Source of the DNA: the human T2T-CHM13v2.0 reference genome, Homo sapiens
Reading direction: 5' to 3' (one strand)
Assembly: GCF_009914755.1 (NCBI RefSeq)
Contig: NC_060937.1
DNA length: 64,000 nt
The first letter of the stretch is position 1. Each line of letters begins with the position of its first letter. The notes below the pieces were generated by a model. It saw only the letters and a program-made list of their open reading frames with translations, was not told where the DNA came from and made no database searches. Positions 13,463 to 26,640 of this stretch are shown here, one piece after another. A program made the translations under genes and the position numbers.

Positions 13463-13610
13463 CATAGTGATTCTAGCCTGGTTGCACATTAGAATTACCT
13501 AGGTAGACTTTAAAAGTCTTGTCTGGCTTCAATCCCAGAGCTCTGGCATGGTAATTTTAGAACTTCCTCCATAGAAGATTCTAAGATATAGATAGGATTA
13601 ACAACCATTA
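13463..13610. mobile_element. MER5A-like hAT MITE
   Basis: 'ctggttgcacattagaattacctagg...gattctaagatata...aaccatt'. Confidence 0.6.
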
Positions 13611-13994
13611 ATCTGGAGGTGTTCTGGTACATTAGTGTGGACCCAAATGACAAGTGAGTATTTTACCAGTGGATTTGAACAGTTCCAGTTAGTTCACATG
13701 TTAATGCTATTTTAAGTAAAATATCTTAATGCGCCAGTTATTAAATGGTTTGAGGGTACCACTATCTTGTACACTGCCCTCAGTATTTTAGGAATAACTG
13801 CCTACGTGTGATCTATTTAGAAGTAGCATTTGAAAGCACTAATTCTACTTCATCTTGTTTTAAAGGCTGCAGGTGGGAGACTTGATTATGACCTTTATCT
13901 AACCGAAAGCATACATCATTTATGCTAAATTCAAAACCATTTTATAAATAGACAATACCGTAATGCCTTAATTAAATAGATAATAACTTAATGC

Positions 13995-14118
13995 TATTCA
14001 GGGATTATTTTTGTGTTTCAAACACTGTTCAGGGGTTATTTCTGGGTATGAAACATTAAGTTAAGACCTAATAACTGAATGTTTCAAACTCAGAAATAAT
14101 CCCTGAATAATAGTGTTT
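13995..14118. repeat. Imperfect inverted repeat with an extra tandem copy of one arm
   Basis: Arms at 14020-14063 and 14072-14118 around an 8-nt loop; 13995-14024 repeats the arm motif. Confidence 0.85.
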
Positions 14119-14426
14119 CCTTTTAATATTGTGTTTATTAATCTGTATGTTTATGGATGTTTCCATGGGAATTGGTCGAATGGGAAGGAGAAGAGACTGA
14201 ATGATGCATAATGCTTTGTATCATATGTATGTGCCCATCTTTACCTAGCTTTCCTTCACTGAATATTAGATGCTGAACACTAAATAGTTTAAAATGTTTA
14301 ATTGCCTTAGTATTTACATAGAACATGTTTACTGATACTTTTATAAGCATTTAAATGTTTTCCAATGTTTTAACATAACCTGCTAGATATTTATTATAAA
14401 TTTATATTTAGGTGCATCTTAAATTA

Positions 14427-14665
14427 CAGCTGTCCCTTGGTGTACTCGGGGGATTGGTCCAAGACTCCCATGTGTACCCAACTCTACACATACTCCAGGT
14501 CCTAAAGTTGGCCCTACAGAATCCCCGCATAGGAAAAGTCAGCCCTCTGTATAAATGGGTTTCACATCCCTCAAATGCTGTATTTTCAATCCACGTTTGG
14601 TTGAAAAAAATCTGCTTATAATAGGACCTGTGCAGTCCAAACCCATGTTGTTCAAGGATCAACTG
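14427..14665 (+). mobile_element. MER8 (Tigger2-related MITE), full length
   Basis: cagctgtccc...gatcaactg termini, TA target duplication on both sides, 239 bp. Confidence 0.9.
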
Positions 14666-17600
14666 TATTGCCTTCTATACCATCCTGAAACTGGCACTTA
14701 CGTGCTTATTTAAGATTTTCATATGCATGTTTTAGATTGTGTTTATTAACTATTTTTTTAATAATTCTATATGCCTGTATAAAACCCTATGTGAATAACT
14801 ATTCATATTTTAAAAATAAAATAACGGAACTTTTTTATATGCACATAGTTTTCTACTTTTAGACTAAATTAGGAAGCAACACAGGTTCAAAATATTGAGA
14901 TATTGTAGAAGTAATAGGTAGTGAACAATAAAGAGAGCATTATAGTATTCCCTAATAGTTGTTTTTACTCTTTTATATTTCTACTTCAGTATATTTCCAT
15001 AAATTCTGAACATTTTTCTAGTTTTACTATTTAATTTGTGCTGATATTAAACCATAATTTTTCATAATTTTTTTCACTTCGTAACATGTTGCTGTTTGTA
15101 AATTTTGCAATCACTCACCCAGATACAGTCTATTGTTTTTACTTACTTTTCACTGATTTCTTTAGATTTTATACATACAAAACTATAGTCTGCACATAAT
15201 TTTGTCTGCAAATAATTATAATTTTGTCTTATTTCAGCACTAATGTATTTTTACATAATTTTCTATTCTAAATGCTTTGATAATTTTTCCTTCCATTAAA
15301 ATCAAAATATCAAATACCCTTTTGATATTTTATTTCATTAAATAAAAAAAAGGAAGACACTGTAATATGATCCCTGAAGCTAAAAGTTATTTCTAGTATT
15401 TAGCCTGTTTTTAAAAAGATAAATATTTCTGGATATGTACACTCTGTTACATATTTTCAACCATTCTGCATAAATCTATTATTTTTTACATTAAACATTA
15501 AAACAAAATTTTCTTTGAAATAATGCCAACTAGGCTAGACACATAGAATGACTATAGGACTTATTTAAGGTTTTCATGAAAGTATGTCACTCTCTCCTTT
15601 CAATCATAATATCAGCTGGCTATTGGAACTTACTACTGACATGCCCAAATATGCCAATCTACCCTGTTTCTTTTGTTTATATATTATATACATATATATA
15701 AAATATATATAGTAATACTTACATATTATATATTACTTTTACTTTCTTTTACTTGACTTAAGTCATGTGGTAGGGAGAATAGATTATTCTTAAAATAGCT
15801 ACAGTTAAATGATGGAATAATCAAAATTTTAAAAGTGCATATATTCATTATCTGCAAAAAATATGATTGGGGTAAATTATGAATTTTATAATTTAAAATA
15901 CTTCAAATCATCAAACATTTTATGATTATTTGGTACTTTGTAATGCAAAGATCAATAAAATATAATTTATTTCCTCTATACTTCATCATTTTCTATTTTA
16001 TTTTTTGACATGTATTGATTTGTAAAAATCAATTTAATAATGATTATAAATCACCTCCTCCCTGTATGGGTGTAAGCTACTGCTGAGTTTAAGATAGAAC
16101 ATGCACCTTCTAAGGACTACAGCAAAAGTAATTTTTTAATTGAACCACTTGTTTATGGCAAGTATTCTGTGTACCAAAAATTATTTAAATATTCAAAATA
16201 TGGATGCCTTGGCCTTGTTACATATTCCACTTACGCAGCTCCACTTATGTGAGTTCTGTGGCACCTTCGTACTGTCGGCAACTTCCCAGAGAGATTGTAG
16301 TCATTTTGTGAACACATTCAATAAGCTCTGCAGCGCCTCAGGTAATGTTGTTGCTACTTACACCCTTTTGCAGGTGAACCTGGCATTCTACTTAAATTGA
16401 CTTTCTGATATATGCTTTAAAATATGTAGTTATATATTTAGTATTCAGGTCTCTTTACTCTTAACTGTTTAGGTATACTATAGAATAATATTTATAGATT
16501 TGTATTATTTGTCTCTATGTAGTTTCTGAGAATCATTGTATAGTAATCACTGTGTAGGGAAATCTTTTGAATCAGGTAATTTTCTTTTAGTAGCATTAAT
16601 ATCATGATGCCTGGATTCGGGTAGTTTACTTCTTCACTGTCTTAATACATTGGTTTCAATCATTTAGAGCACAGGTGAATTTCATTTTGTCAGTTAATTC
16701 CATTGATTATCTTGCCTCTGAAATACCTATAATATGAAATATTACATATTCCTCATTTCTATTATCACAGCATTTATTCTTTGTACTCCACAAGAGAAAG
16801 AAAAGTAGGGAAAAATGAAAACTAGCAAAAGTGTGATTTTAACACTTTGAGAATACTGTAAAATTATATGGCCATGAGATCAAGTGATTGGAGACAGACA
16901 TGAAAAGCCTATAAAATTTCCTTAGCATTTAAACTTGCTTTATTCCTAGAAAAATAACATGTCTAAAATAAAATTTTATCAATAAAATTCAAAAATACGT
17001 TAAATGGTCTGCAACATCCATAATTATAATTCCTGGGCATATAATAAGTACTCAGGCATTAGTTCATTAATTAAAATGTTAGAATAAAAAAATAAACTGT
17101 TTTCCAATGGGATTGTCTCATTGCAAAGGCAACAATTTGTACTAAAATGTCAGAAAGCTGAAAACTGCTATATATTCCTGGGCATGGTATGATTTATATT
17201 AGAATTTTGATTGTGTCTCATTTGTTTACTTTTTCCTTTGAGTTTCTAAGTTGCGGTAATTTAGAGTGGGTGTAATTTAGAAGAATTTTGTTTAATTCTA
17301 TGATGAACCTTTGCTTGAGATTTAAATAAATATACACATAAAATGTTATAAAATGGTTTAAAATACCTTCTGTTTATTATTGTAATCCTTGTGTTTATTA
17401 TAGTAATTACCAACACTTGTAAAAAATTATAAAATAAATGCACTACTATTCTAAGAAGAAAAGATCCTTTGATGTCAACCAATCAAGTTAAAGGAATTGA
17501 AAATTTCAAGATACTCAGAACCATTATATGGAGGGATTCTTCATCTAAGGATTTTGAGTGTTTAATTAATAGTAAGGTCTTGAGATGTTTCAGATGGTGA

Positions 17601-18419
17601 GTGTGCATCTTGGTGTCTTTGAAAAGCTACCTGCTTCCCTGCCCCAATACCCCAGTAGCTGGAAAGACAAAGTGGGTACTATAAATGACAGAATATTTCT
17701 AAATAAGATCTTGATTACTTTTCTTCTTCTGGACTACTTTATATATCCATAAGAATACCTGCATGCATGTGTCTACATCCACACAACATTAATATAAAGG
17801 CAAACGAGCAGCAATAAAAATTTTGATGTGATGAAGAAACTCAATCCAATTCTACTGACATTAGTCTTCATCTATTTGACCTGAATATAAGAAAAACAAG
17901 GAAATGAATTATTGAGCACTTACAAGAAAGTGGTAAAATATAACTCAAATTATACAGTGCATGGGCCCTTAGCAATGACATCCACATGTTAATGCTCGGC
18001 AGGGACAAAATTCATTTTCTGTTCTTTGAGAACATTCTTCTTTCTAGGAGCTAAACATCCAATGGAGTTACTGATTCTCCTCTTCAAAGTTACATTAGGA
18101 GGATGTGATTTATATAGAAAAGAAACAAATTCTCTCACTGTGCAGTGCAGTGGGAATGCCATTACTGTGGAATAAAACAAAACAAAACAAAACAAAAAAA
18201 CGTGATTCTATATTTTGCAAGCTAAATTATTAGGATGTAAATAAATGCAACACCTTTTTTTAACTTCAAAAATATAATTCAGTAGGCTCAATTTCATCTC
18301 TGAATCCTCAAGCCTCAGGCTTTTGTCAACACACAAGGTACAAATCAAAATATTTGGGATTTAATTGGGTTATTAGTTTGAATTTCTCAAATAATGAAAT
18401 ATACTATAAAATGCTTATT

Positions 18420-19436
18420 ATGTAATGATGATAAAAAGATCCTAAAACCCAGTGTCCTAAAACAATAAATATTTATTACTGCTCATGATTATAGGACTCA
18501 CGATATTCTGTGCTCGGCTAAACCAAGTCACGTGTCTGTATTTTGCTGTATGTTGTGCATGAAGAGACCCTTGATCTGGTTGAGTTTTCTCCCATGTTTG
18601 CAAGTTAGCTGGCTGGTAAGCTGATCTAGGATGGCATTGGCTGGGGCATTTGGGCTTTCTACCATGTGGCTTCTTAACCACTAGTGGGCTACCTGAAGCT
18701 TAAACACATAGCACTGGCCAAATAAAAAAAAAAAAAGAGAGAGAGACAGAAGTGCTCAGGGACTCTTGAGGCCTAAGTTTGAAACTGTCAACCTATCTTT
18801 CTACTGAGAGACTGAATACCTAACAGACAATGGCCAGACTGTATATAAAATAAAACTTTGAACTACTTTCTGCAATAACCAGTCCAGGAAGTGAAACTAC
18901 TGTCTCTAGCAGCCAGCCCAGGAAAACAATAATGCCTGTAACAATTAGTCCCAAATGGCCAGAATTTGATTCATAGCTGGCAGCTTCTTTTAATTTCTGT
19001 CCCTACTTTCAACTTAGAACCAACTGAAGACAGCCAATTTTGCACCCCTAATTAGTCACATAGGATGCCTTGTTTTTAGGTAACCTGTCTAGAGTTTCCC
19101 TATGCCAATAATCGAGGCATACCTGAAACCTTCCATGTTTTTCCATGACAAAGCTTTCCCACTTCTCTGCCTGCATTTGAGTCTTGGCCACAATGCAGGT
19201 AATAGTGGTTGACTTCCTTGTGGTAGCAAGCTCTGAATAAATAGCCTTTGCTTGTACTCATTTGAGTGGTCTGGATTTATTTCCGCACCACCTAGCTCTC
19301 TTGATCAAATGCAGTCATAAAACCAGCCAGATTCAAGGAGTGGAAGAAGAGGTTCTGTCCTTGATGGGAATAGATGCAAAGTCACATTTTAGAGAAGATA
19401 TAGTTAGAGAGGATGTTTTGCAATTAGTCTACCACA
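18420..19436 (-). mobile_element. Old MLT1 (H-like) LTR, split by a younger LTR
   Basis: 'aaaacaataaatatttattactgctca'...'ccagattcaaggagtgg...caaagtcacatt...tctaccaca'. Confidence 0.7.
18805..19287 (+). mobile_element. ERV1-class solo LTR (MER4 group; family not resolved)
   Basis: TG...CA termini, aataaa near the 3' end, 4-bp TSD ctac/ccac. Confidence 0.75.
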
Positions 19437-20801
19437 ACTACTTCTGTGAGTAAAAATCTTGTGTTCAAGTAATATTGAATTATTGGTGTTCAATTTCAAC
19501 CAGATTCCACCAGTTAAAGGAAGACAGGGGAAGAAAAATCCCTCAAATTTTTAATACTTGAAGAATTTTCAAATTAATGACTCAGTATATTTCATAGCAA
19601 TGCTCCTCTCTTTCGCCTTACAAAGTCCCTCAAATATTTTTACTAATTTTGGGAAGATAGTGATTCTCTACAAAACTTGCTCTCATTGGGGGCACTTAAA
19701 GCAGTGAAGGGAATGCATTAAAAAGCAATGCCAGGGTATAGTTAGTTCTTAGGAGACTTTGCCCCAGTCAAACTTCATTTCATGGCCTTCTAACCTATTC
19801 CCTAATAGGCTATGCTTTCTGTTTGTAACGCAAGATTTTTATACCACGGAACTGACAGCATGTTATAATGAACTTTGATTCCGAGCTTTGAAAAAAAAAA
19901 GAAAAGCAAGAACTGAAACCTTCACCGAGCAATTTTGTTACTGGGTAACATACAGCACTTACTGCCAGAAACAGGGAGACAATTTTCTGACTGATTTGAA
20001 AAGCTATGAGAAAGAAAAAATCTGAAGAAACAGCACATCTGCACAAATTCTTCCTTAATTGTCTATGTACAGCTAAACTTCAATAAAATAACTGTGAATC
20101 TTTCAAAGTTCTATGCCTCAGTGGAGACATTAGTCCATTTCTCTCTGGCAAACTGAGATGCCGTTTGCCCAAACACATCAAACAACATTGTTTGTTATAT
20201 ATAGGCACACTAGATTCACAAAAGACTCATACAGTTTCTGGTAATTTAGCTAAAATAATAATTAAAAGACAACATTTTAAGTACTATTTTCTGAGGGGGC
20301 AGGCATCAGAACAAAACTCTGCAAGCAGAAGGTAAATGAAAAATACAAAATTGTTTAACTATAAATTCTAAGAATCAGGCAAGACATAATATGTGTGATG
20401 TGTTATGCACTCAGAAAATGTGAAGTTTAGTATGAAGAAAAAGCAATTACCTCAATTATTATCACTTTATAAGTTTTTCAATGAGTTCTGAAAATTTACC
20501 ATGTTAATAGTTAAAAATCCTATGTGAATTTTAACATTATCTTATTTCTGTCAAGTGTAATATGTTCTTTTAAAGAAAATATAGTATATGGAAAATAAGA
20601 ACATATAAATTCAATTTAAAAATCATCTGAACTAAGGCTACCAAAGGAGAAACACTTCAAAATTTTGCTAGTTAATATTTTGTACATTGTTAAATATGTA
20701 CCTTTGTAAAAGCATTGCTCTATTTCACAAAAATTGACCATATAGTTTGTAATATGTTTTATGTTTTTACTCAAGTATGTCATGCCAAACATTTTTAAGG
20801 C

Positions 20802-20842
<41 letters not shown>

Positions 20843-20965
20843 ATATATATTTATACACATTTTCCAAGTATATATATATACAGCATTTTCCAAGTGTGTA
20901 TATATATATATGTATATATGTATACACATATATATGTATACCCACACACACTCACATATATATAT
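20802..20965. repeat. Compound (TG)n/(CG)n/(TA)n microsatellite
   Basis: Directly visible; includes a duplicated 'cattttccaagt'. Confidence 0.95.
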
Positions 20966-21916
20966 GATTTTTATTTTTGTGCACTGGTATTTCAATATAT
21001 ATTATTATTTTCCAAATAAACATTTGGTTTCTGTCCTTTTAAAAATATTATTAATCACATTTGTGAATAATAATGTTTTACATATGTAATTCTTTTCTAA
21101 TTTTTTCATGGAAAATTGTAGAATTGCCATATTTTGTTTGCATTACTATGTACAAATTCTAGCTGGTTTCCTTCCACGATTAATTATGGATTATTTTATA
21201 TTCTTCATATGCTTGCCAATTAAATAGAAAAACAGCTGAATTATTTTCGTATTTCATACGTATGATTGGTGAACTGGGAGATCACCAAACGTGGATATTT
21301 TCAATTCTGTTTTTTATATTGGTTTATATGAACCACTTATATAAGAATTATATTTAACTTTTGTCATAATAATAGTAATGTTGCTTTGATGTGCATTTGT
21401 ACCCAGTTTTTAGAGAATAATTAAATCTAACAATTCCCATAGGTTTCCTCCTTTGTATGATCTTACACTAGCACACACAAAAATTGTGTGCTGCCATTTA
21501 TCTAATTTTAAGATTTACTGTTTTTACAGATTTAAATGCTTAACACTGCACAATGTATTACTCAGATTTATTTTTCTCAAATGTCATATGCTAAATAATT
21601 TTTTAATTACCCCTGGGTAACTTGCTATTATTAATAATATATTAAATATTCAGAAGCACAAATTTTGACTACATTCATTTGTGATTACTTGATACAAGTT
21701 AATACACATTCAAATAATATAATGAATAATATTCACCTTTCCCCAGCCTACACTAAGATATATTCCTCTCAGCAAAGAAAGAACTGGGCTTAGAATGTGT
21801 GAAGCATGAACTATTATGTCATTAACAGTTAAATATTGAATTACTTCTAATGAAATACATTGCAAATGTATTACAACAATTCAATGAAGCTTCTATATAA
21901 AATGAACCTAGAAACA

Positions 21917-22099
21917 GGCTGGGCACAATGACTCACGCCTGTAATTCTAGCATTTGGGGAGGCTGAGGTGGGAAGATCACTTGAGCACAGGAGTTCAAGA
22001 CAAGCCTGGGCAACATAGTGAAACCTCGTTTCTACAGAAAACTAAAACAGTGAGGCGGGGACGGTGGCTCATGCCTTTAGTCCCAGCTACTCAGGAGGA
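21917..22099 (+). mobile_element. AluJ, 3'-truncated
   Basis: Left arm 'gatcacttgagcacaggagttcaagacaagcctgggcaacatag' plus the start of the right arm. Confidence 0.85.
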
Positions 22100-23747
22100 T
22101 ACAAAGATTGAATTTAGAAGAGTCAGAACTATGTTTACCTTCTTGAAATCTTATGAGGATTGGAATGATGGGGATGTTAAGTCTATTAATCATTTCAAAT
22201 ATGTCCAAAGCCCTAGTCTGCTGGCATACTAGCAAATTACTTACCTAAATGTTCACCAATACTACATAGTATTATGTAGCTTAAAAAAAAAAATCCGATA
22301 AGGAATAGTAACGAAAAACCATGTTCTGGGTGGGGTTGCTTTATTATCAATGCTTAAATGATAATATTAAAAATATACCATACCATAATATTATTGTACT
22401 TGGCTTTTATTCCTATTATCTGGTTCATTCTTTCCATCCTACATGGCTTCTACATGACAGATAAATTTCAGCATTTTCTAAGTTTATGGCTCCCATCTAC
22501 CAGCTCAGTAAGTAAAGTCAATTTACTTACTATGCTTAAGAAATGTAAATTAACTACATATTAAATTTTAAAACAATTTTTAAAACAATTAAAATTAAAT
22601 ACAAATATATACTAAAAGTTTCAGAGGACTGCATGATCTGTACCATGAAGAGTCTTGTGCTGAATTCCATCCTTTCAAAGCACTAGGAAAATATGCACCC
22701 ACCAACTAAATTGAATAAATACATTGAAAATCTGAGGGAAATCCACAATCCAATCTGCCCTAACCTCTACAAAACTGAAAAATTCAAATCAGTTAATGCC
22801 CCAGGTTTGGATCTTGATGATAAATGACTCTTTCACATTTTTAATTTCTGTTTTGCTTGCAGTTAAAACACAAACCTACCATCAAAATAAAGTTTCGAGT
22901 CTCACTGTGCTCTGGGGAATGTGTTCCTTGATATATATAAACACAAAATATTTGAATGAGATGGACAGTCTTAATCAACTGGAACTGTTGCACTCTTTCC
23001 CTGTAGACGGGATCCTCTCACATCTGAGCAACTATATTTGTGAACTACAGAAGTTTACACTAAATGTGAATAGTCAATGATTTTCAGATTTATATGGAAA
23101 ATAAAAGAAACAGTGCCTGGAATTACTTCTTTCTGCCACTAACTGTGAATTAATATTATCCTGCTAAAATTCCCTTTGCATATACCAAGATATACTTTCT
23201 CCAAGTCCTTAAAATTTTGGATGCCTGTATCCCAAGAAAGCAGAGAGATGACCACTGTGTAGTTCTTTATCATGCAGTCCTCTATGACTCTGTGAGTGTT
23301 CCTCAAGTTGCTCATGATTCAAGGGACATGAATGAGTTGCATCCGATGAAATTACTTTCCTATAAACACCACAATTTTCAGTATTTACTTTCCCAATTTC
23401 TATGAAACTAGTCTCAGTCTATTTCCCAGAATTCTTTGTGAGACCTGGATATTTGAGAAAAATAAAATGTACTTCAATTTCATTGGAGACTGTGTAAAAG
23501 AGAGGAGAGGGTCCAGGCTTTGGGTGGTCAGTCAGCACTAAATCCAAATCTCACAGGATAATTTTCCTTCAGAGGAACAGTTTTTGTATTGGTTAAGGGT
23601 GATGACCATATAATCTCTACTGTCATGTGTCTTGATAATAGCATAGATGAAAACTCCTGACACAGTGTAGGTCCTCAATGAACAGTAGTTTTTGAGAGAC
23701 AATTGTACAAGCCCGGGGAATAATTTGGTAAAGAACAAAAGCAGCAG

Positions 23748-24201
23748 TGTAACAGTGCTGACTCCATGTTAGAGAGAAGTTTGCTCACTTGAATATAATT
23801 ATTGCTTTGCTTGAGTATGAAGATTATTTACTAAAAACAGGCGTGGGAGTACAGGACCTTCAGCAGAGATAAAAGAAAATACACAGACCCGCAACCTTGG
23901 AATGGGCTGGCCAGCCTGATTAGAATAGGCTAAGGGTATCTGCATAGAGCCATGAAATACCAAGAAAGCAATCACTAACTGCCTGCCTGAAACTATGCAT
24001 GTTGCACAGGAATGATCTGATCATAATTTTTCCTAATTGCCCTTAAAATCCCCTGATCCAGAGGCACAACTTGGAATGATGGTCTTTGAGCGGAGGTTGA
24101 CTGACTTCCCTGGGTTGCTGGCTTTTCAAATAAAGCTAACCTTCCTTTCACCAAAGCTCATCTCTGGAGTTTTTTGGCTGTCAGACCTGAGTTCAGTTAC
24201 A
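23748..24201 (+). mobile_element. ERV1 solo LTR (MER89/MER90-like)
   Basis: tgtaac...gttaca inverted termini, aataaa, perfect TSD gcag. Confidence 0.8.
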
Positions 24202-24289
24202 GCAGGCCGGCTTCATGGTGGAAGATATCCTGAAGGAACTGCCCACCTTAGAAAGGGTCACTTTCAGCAAGATTATTTTCCTTTTAGGA

Positions 24290-24530
24290 ACATTGCAGTA
24301 TGGTTCCCTGTGCCTGGAAAGCTTTTCTCTGGTATTGATTGTTTCAGGTCTCTGTTCAAATGTCACTTCCAAAGAGAAGCCCCACCATCGTTCTTAGTTC
24401 CCTTATTCTGCTTTATTTTATCATTACTAGATAAGATGTCAAATATTTGTGTGTATTTGATAGACTATTCATCTGTAATCACAGAAATTGACATTTCTGT
24501 CTGAAATGTATATTTCTGTTTGTAAATTGA
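24290..24530 (+). mobile_element. L2 fragment
   Basis: 'ccctgtgcctggaaagc...tcaggtctctgttcaaatgtcacttcc'. Confidence 0.55.
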
Positions 24531-24582
24531 GAATAATATAATGTCTCTTTAGCTTTATAAAATAGACCTCCTATAATCCTAC

Positions 24583-24978
24583 TGTTAACCTTGGCCTAAA
24601 GTTGCCTCCTTAAATATTTTAAGTGAAGCCTAAAGATTTCTCCCCACATAGTAAACTGAAACCTAACTGGGTATGTAGACAGAGTAACCTACTTTTGTGC
24701 CAGTCGCCAAGTTTTGAACAATTAAAGGTGGCCAACCGTTCAAACTGTGTTCAAATAAGGCAAATGCTGAGCTGTAACCAATCTGGCTGTTTTTGTATTT
24801 CACTTCCATTTTCTGTATGTCACTTCTATTTTTCTGCCCATAAATCATCTTCCACCATGTGGCTACACTGGAGTCTCTCTGAGCCTACTCTAGCTCAGGA
24901 GGCTGCCCGAATCACGAGTTGTTCTTTGCTCAATTAAACTCTGTTAAATTTAATTTGTCTAAGGTTTTTCTCTTAACA
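24583..24978 (+). mobile_element. MER57 solo LTR
   Basis: 'ccgttcaaactgtgttcaaataaggcaaatgctgagctgtaaccaatc'; tgttaa...ttaaca termini; perfect TSD ctac. Confidence 0.9.
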
Positions 24979-25329
24979 CTACATTTGCCTTGAATTTCTT
25001 TCACTTTACCAGCTAGAATAATACATAGAAAAAATGTTACTTGGACACACAGCTATATCCACACATTCTTTTAATAACCTTAACTAAAAAGTGTTGCTTC
25101 TCCTTGGAGTATTCTTTCAAAATATGTATATCCAGATAATTCTTGTTCTAGCAAATATGATTTTTTTAATGTGGTGAAAATATCAACATACCAAGAGAAC
25201 ATTGGAGAAAAACTGAAATGATGAATATTAACAATAAAAACAAAGCCTTTTACCAAGATGACCTTTTCACCAATTCTTTTCTGATAATCCTTGATTAAAG
25301 ATTAGACTTTTGCTTGTACTAATCCTCTT

Positions 25330-25840
25330 GAATGATCTAAAAATATGTTTCCCCAAAATGTACTTTTTGGCATATTTTGAAATGGCTGCCTTAGGGTTAG
25401 CAGACTGAGGTGGGTGAAATTAGCATCAGTAGAGAATCTTCATTAATGCAGCCATGCTTACCCTTTCTATGCCTTTCCCAGATCTAGGAGAGATTGAGAG
25501 TCTGACATCTTTAAAAGTCTGAAAAGAAACATTCACCATCTATTCCCTCTGACGGAGGCTTCATCTACACAGCAAGGACACTTTTCTTGGCCAAACTCTT
25601 CCTTTCTCTCTCTCATAACCTGTCTTGCCGCTAAATCTGTTGTATAAGGATCCAAGCTCCCATTTATTCTGTAACCTCAAGATGGTATGTAAACTTCTGT
25701 TACTCATTGAAAAATGGGGTGTTCATTCTGGAGGCTCCTATGTATACACCTTAAATAAATCTGTATGCATTTTCTCTTATTGATCAATCATGTCAATAAT
25801 TTTTAGGTGAACCTTTAGGGGCCCAAGAGCCTATGACCCT
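25330..25840 (+). mobile_element. MER34/MER39-like LTR; its last bases lie at ~26395-26402, beyond the MLT2 insertion
   Basis: 'ccccaaaatgtactttttggcatattttgaaatggc'...'aaataaatctgtatgcattttctc'. Confidence 0.7.
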
Positions 25841-26394
25841 TGTATTAGGGTTCTCTAGAGGGATAGAACTAACAGGATAAAATGAAAGGGAGTTTATTAA
25901 GGAGTATTGATTCACACAATCACAAGGTGAAGTCCCACAATAGGCCATCTGCAAGTTGAAGAGCAAGGAAGCCAGCAGGAGTCCCAAAACCTCAGAAGTA
26001 GGCGAGTTGATAGTGTAATCTTCAGTCTGTGGCTAAAAGACTGAGAGTTCCTAGCAAACCACTGGTGTAAGTCTAAGAGTCCAAAAGCTCTTAGAGTTTG
26101 ATGTTTGAGGTCAGGAAGCATCTAGCATGAGAGAAAAATGAAGGCCAGAAGACTCAGAAAGTCTGCTTTTTCCAAATTCTTCTGCCTGATTTATTCTAGC
26201 CATGCTGGCAGCTGATTAGATGGTACCCACCCAGATTGAGGTTGGGTCTGCCTTTCCCAGTCCACTGACACAAATGTTAATCTCCTTTGGTAACACCATG
26301 ACAGACATACCCAGGAACAATACTTTGCATACCCAGGAAATATACTTTGCATCCTTCAATCTAATCAAGTTGACACTCAGTATTAACCATCACA
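25841..26394 (-). mobile_element. MLT2A2-like solo LTR (HERVL)
   Basis: 'tgtattagggttctctagagggatagaac...tattaaccatcaca', 554 bp. Internal 22-bp tandem duplication at 26306-26349. Confidence 0.9.
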
Positions 26395-26640
26395 CCCCCA
26401 CACCCTCAGTTACTTTTCATCTTCTCTATATTATAAAATTATAAAAATTGAGGTGCATATCTTATCTGCTTATGGGGCCACAAGTACCTTGAAGGCAAAA
26501 TTTAAGTCAAATTTTTAAAAAATACATTATTTCAAAGACAGTGTCATTTACAGACAGTAGCCATTCAAAATGTACTGAATGATGAATGAATGAATGAACA
26601 CACAATCATATTTTAATCAGAAAAGACTATATTATCTGAT

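Noticed and set aside
16200-16346. Possible exon ending cag|gtaatg
   Set aside because: No convincing acceptor and no recognisable peptide.
20616-21089. Overlapping ORFs rich in CV/YI/HT
   Set aside because: Translation artefacts of stop-free dinucleotide repeats.
24037-24504. 155-aa ORF
   Set aside because: TTG start, spans an LTR end and an L2 fragment, and has no recognisable domain.
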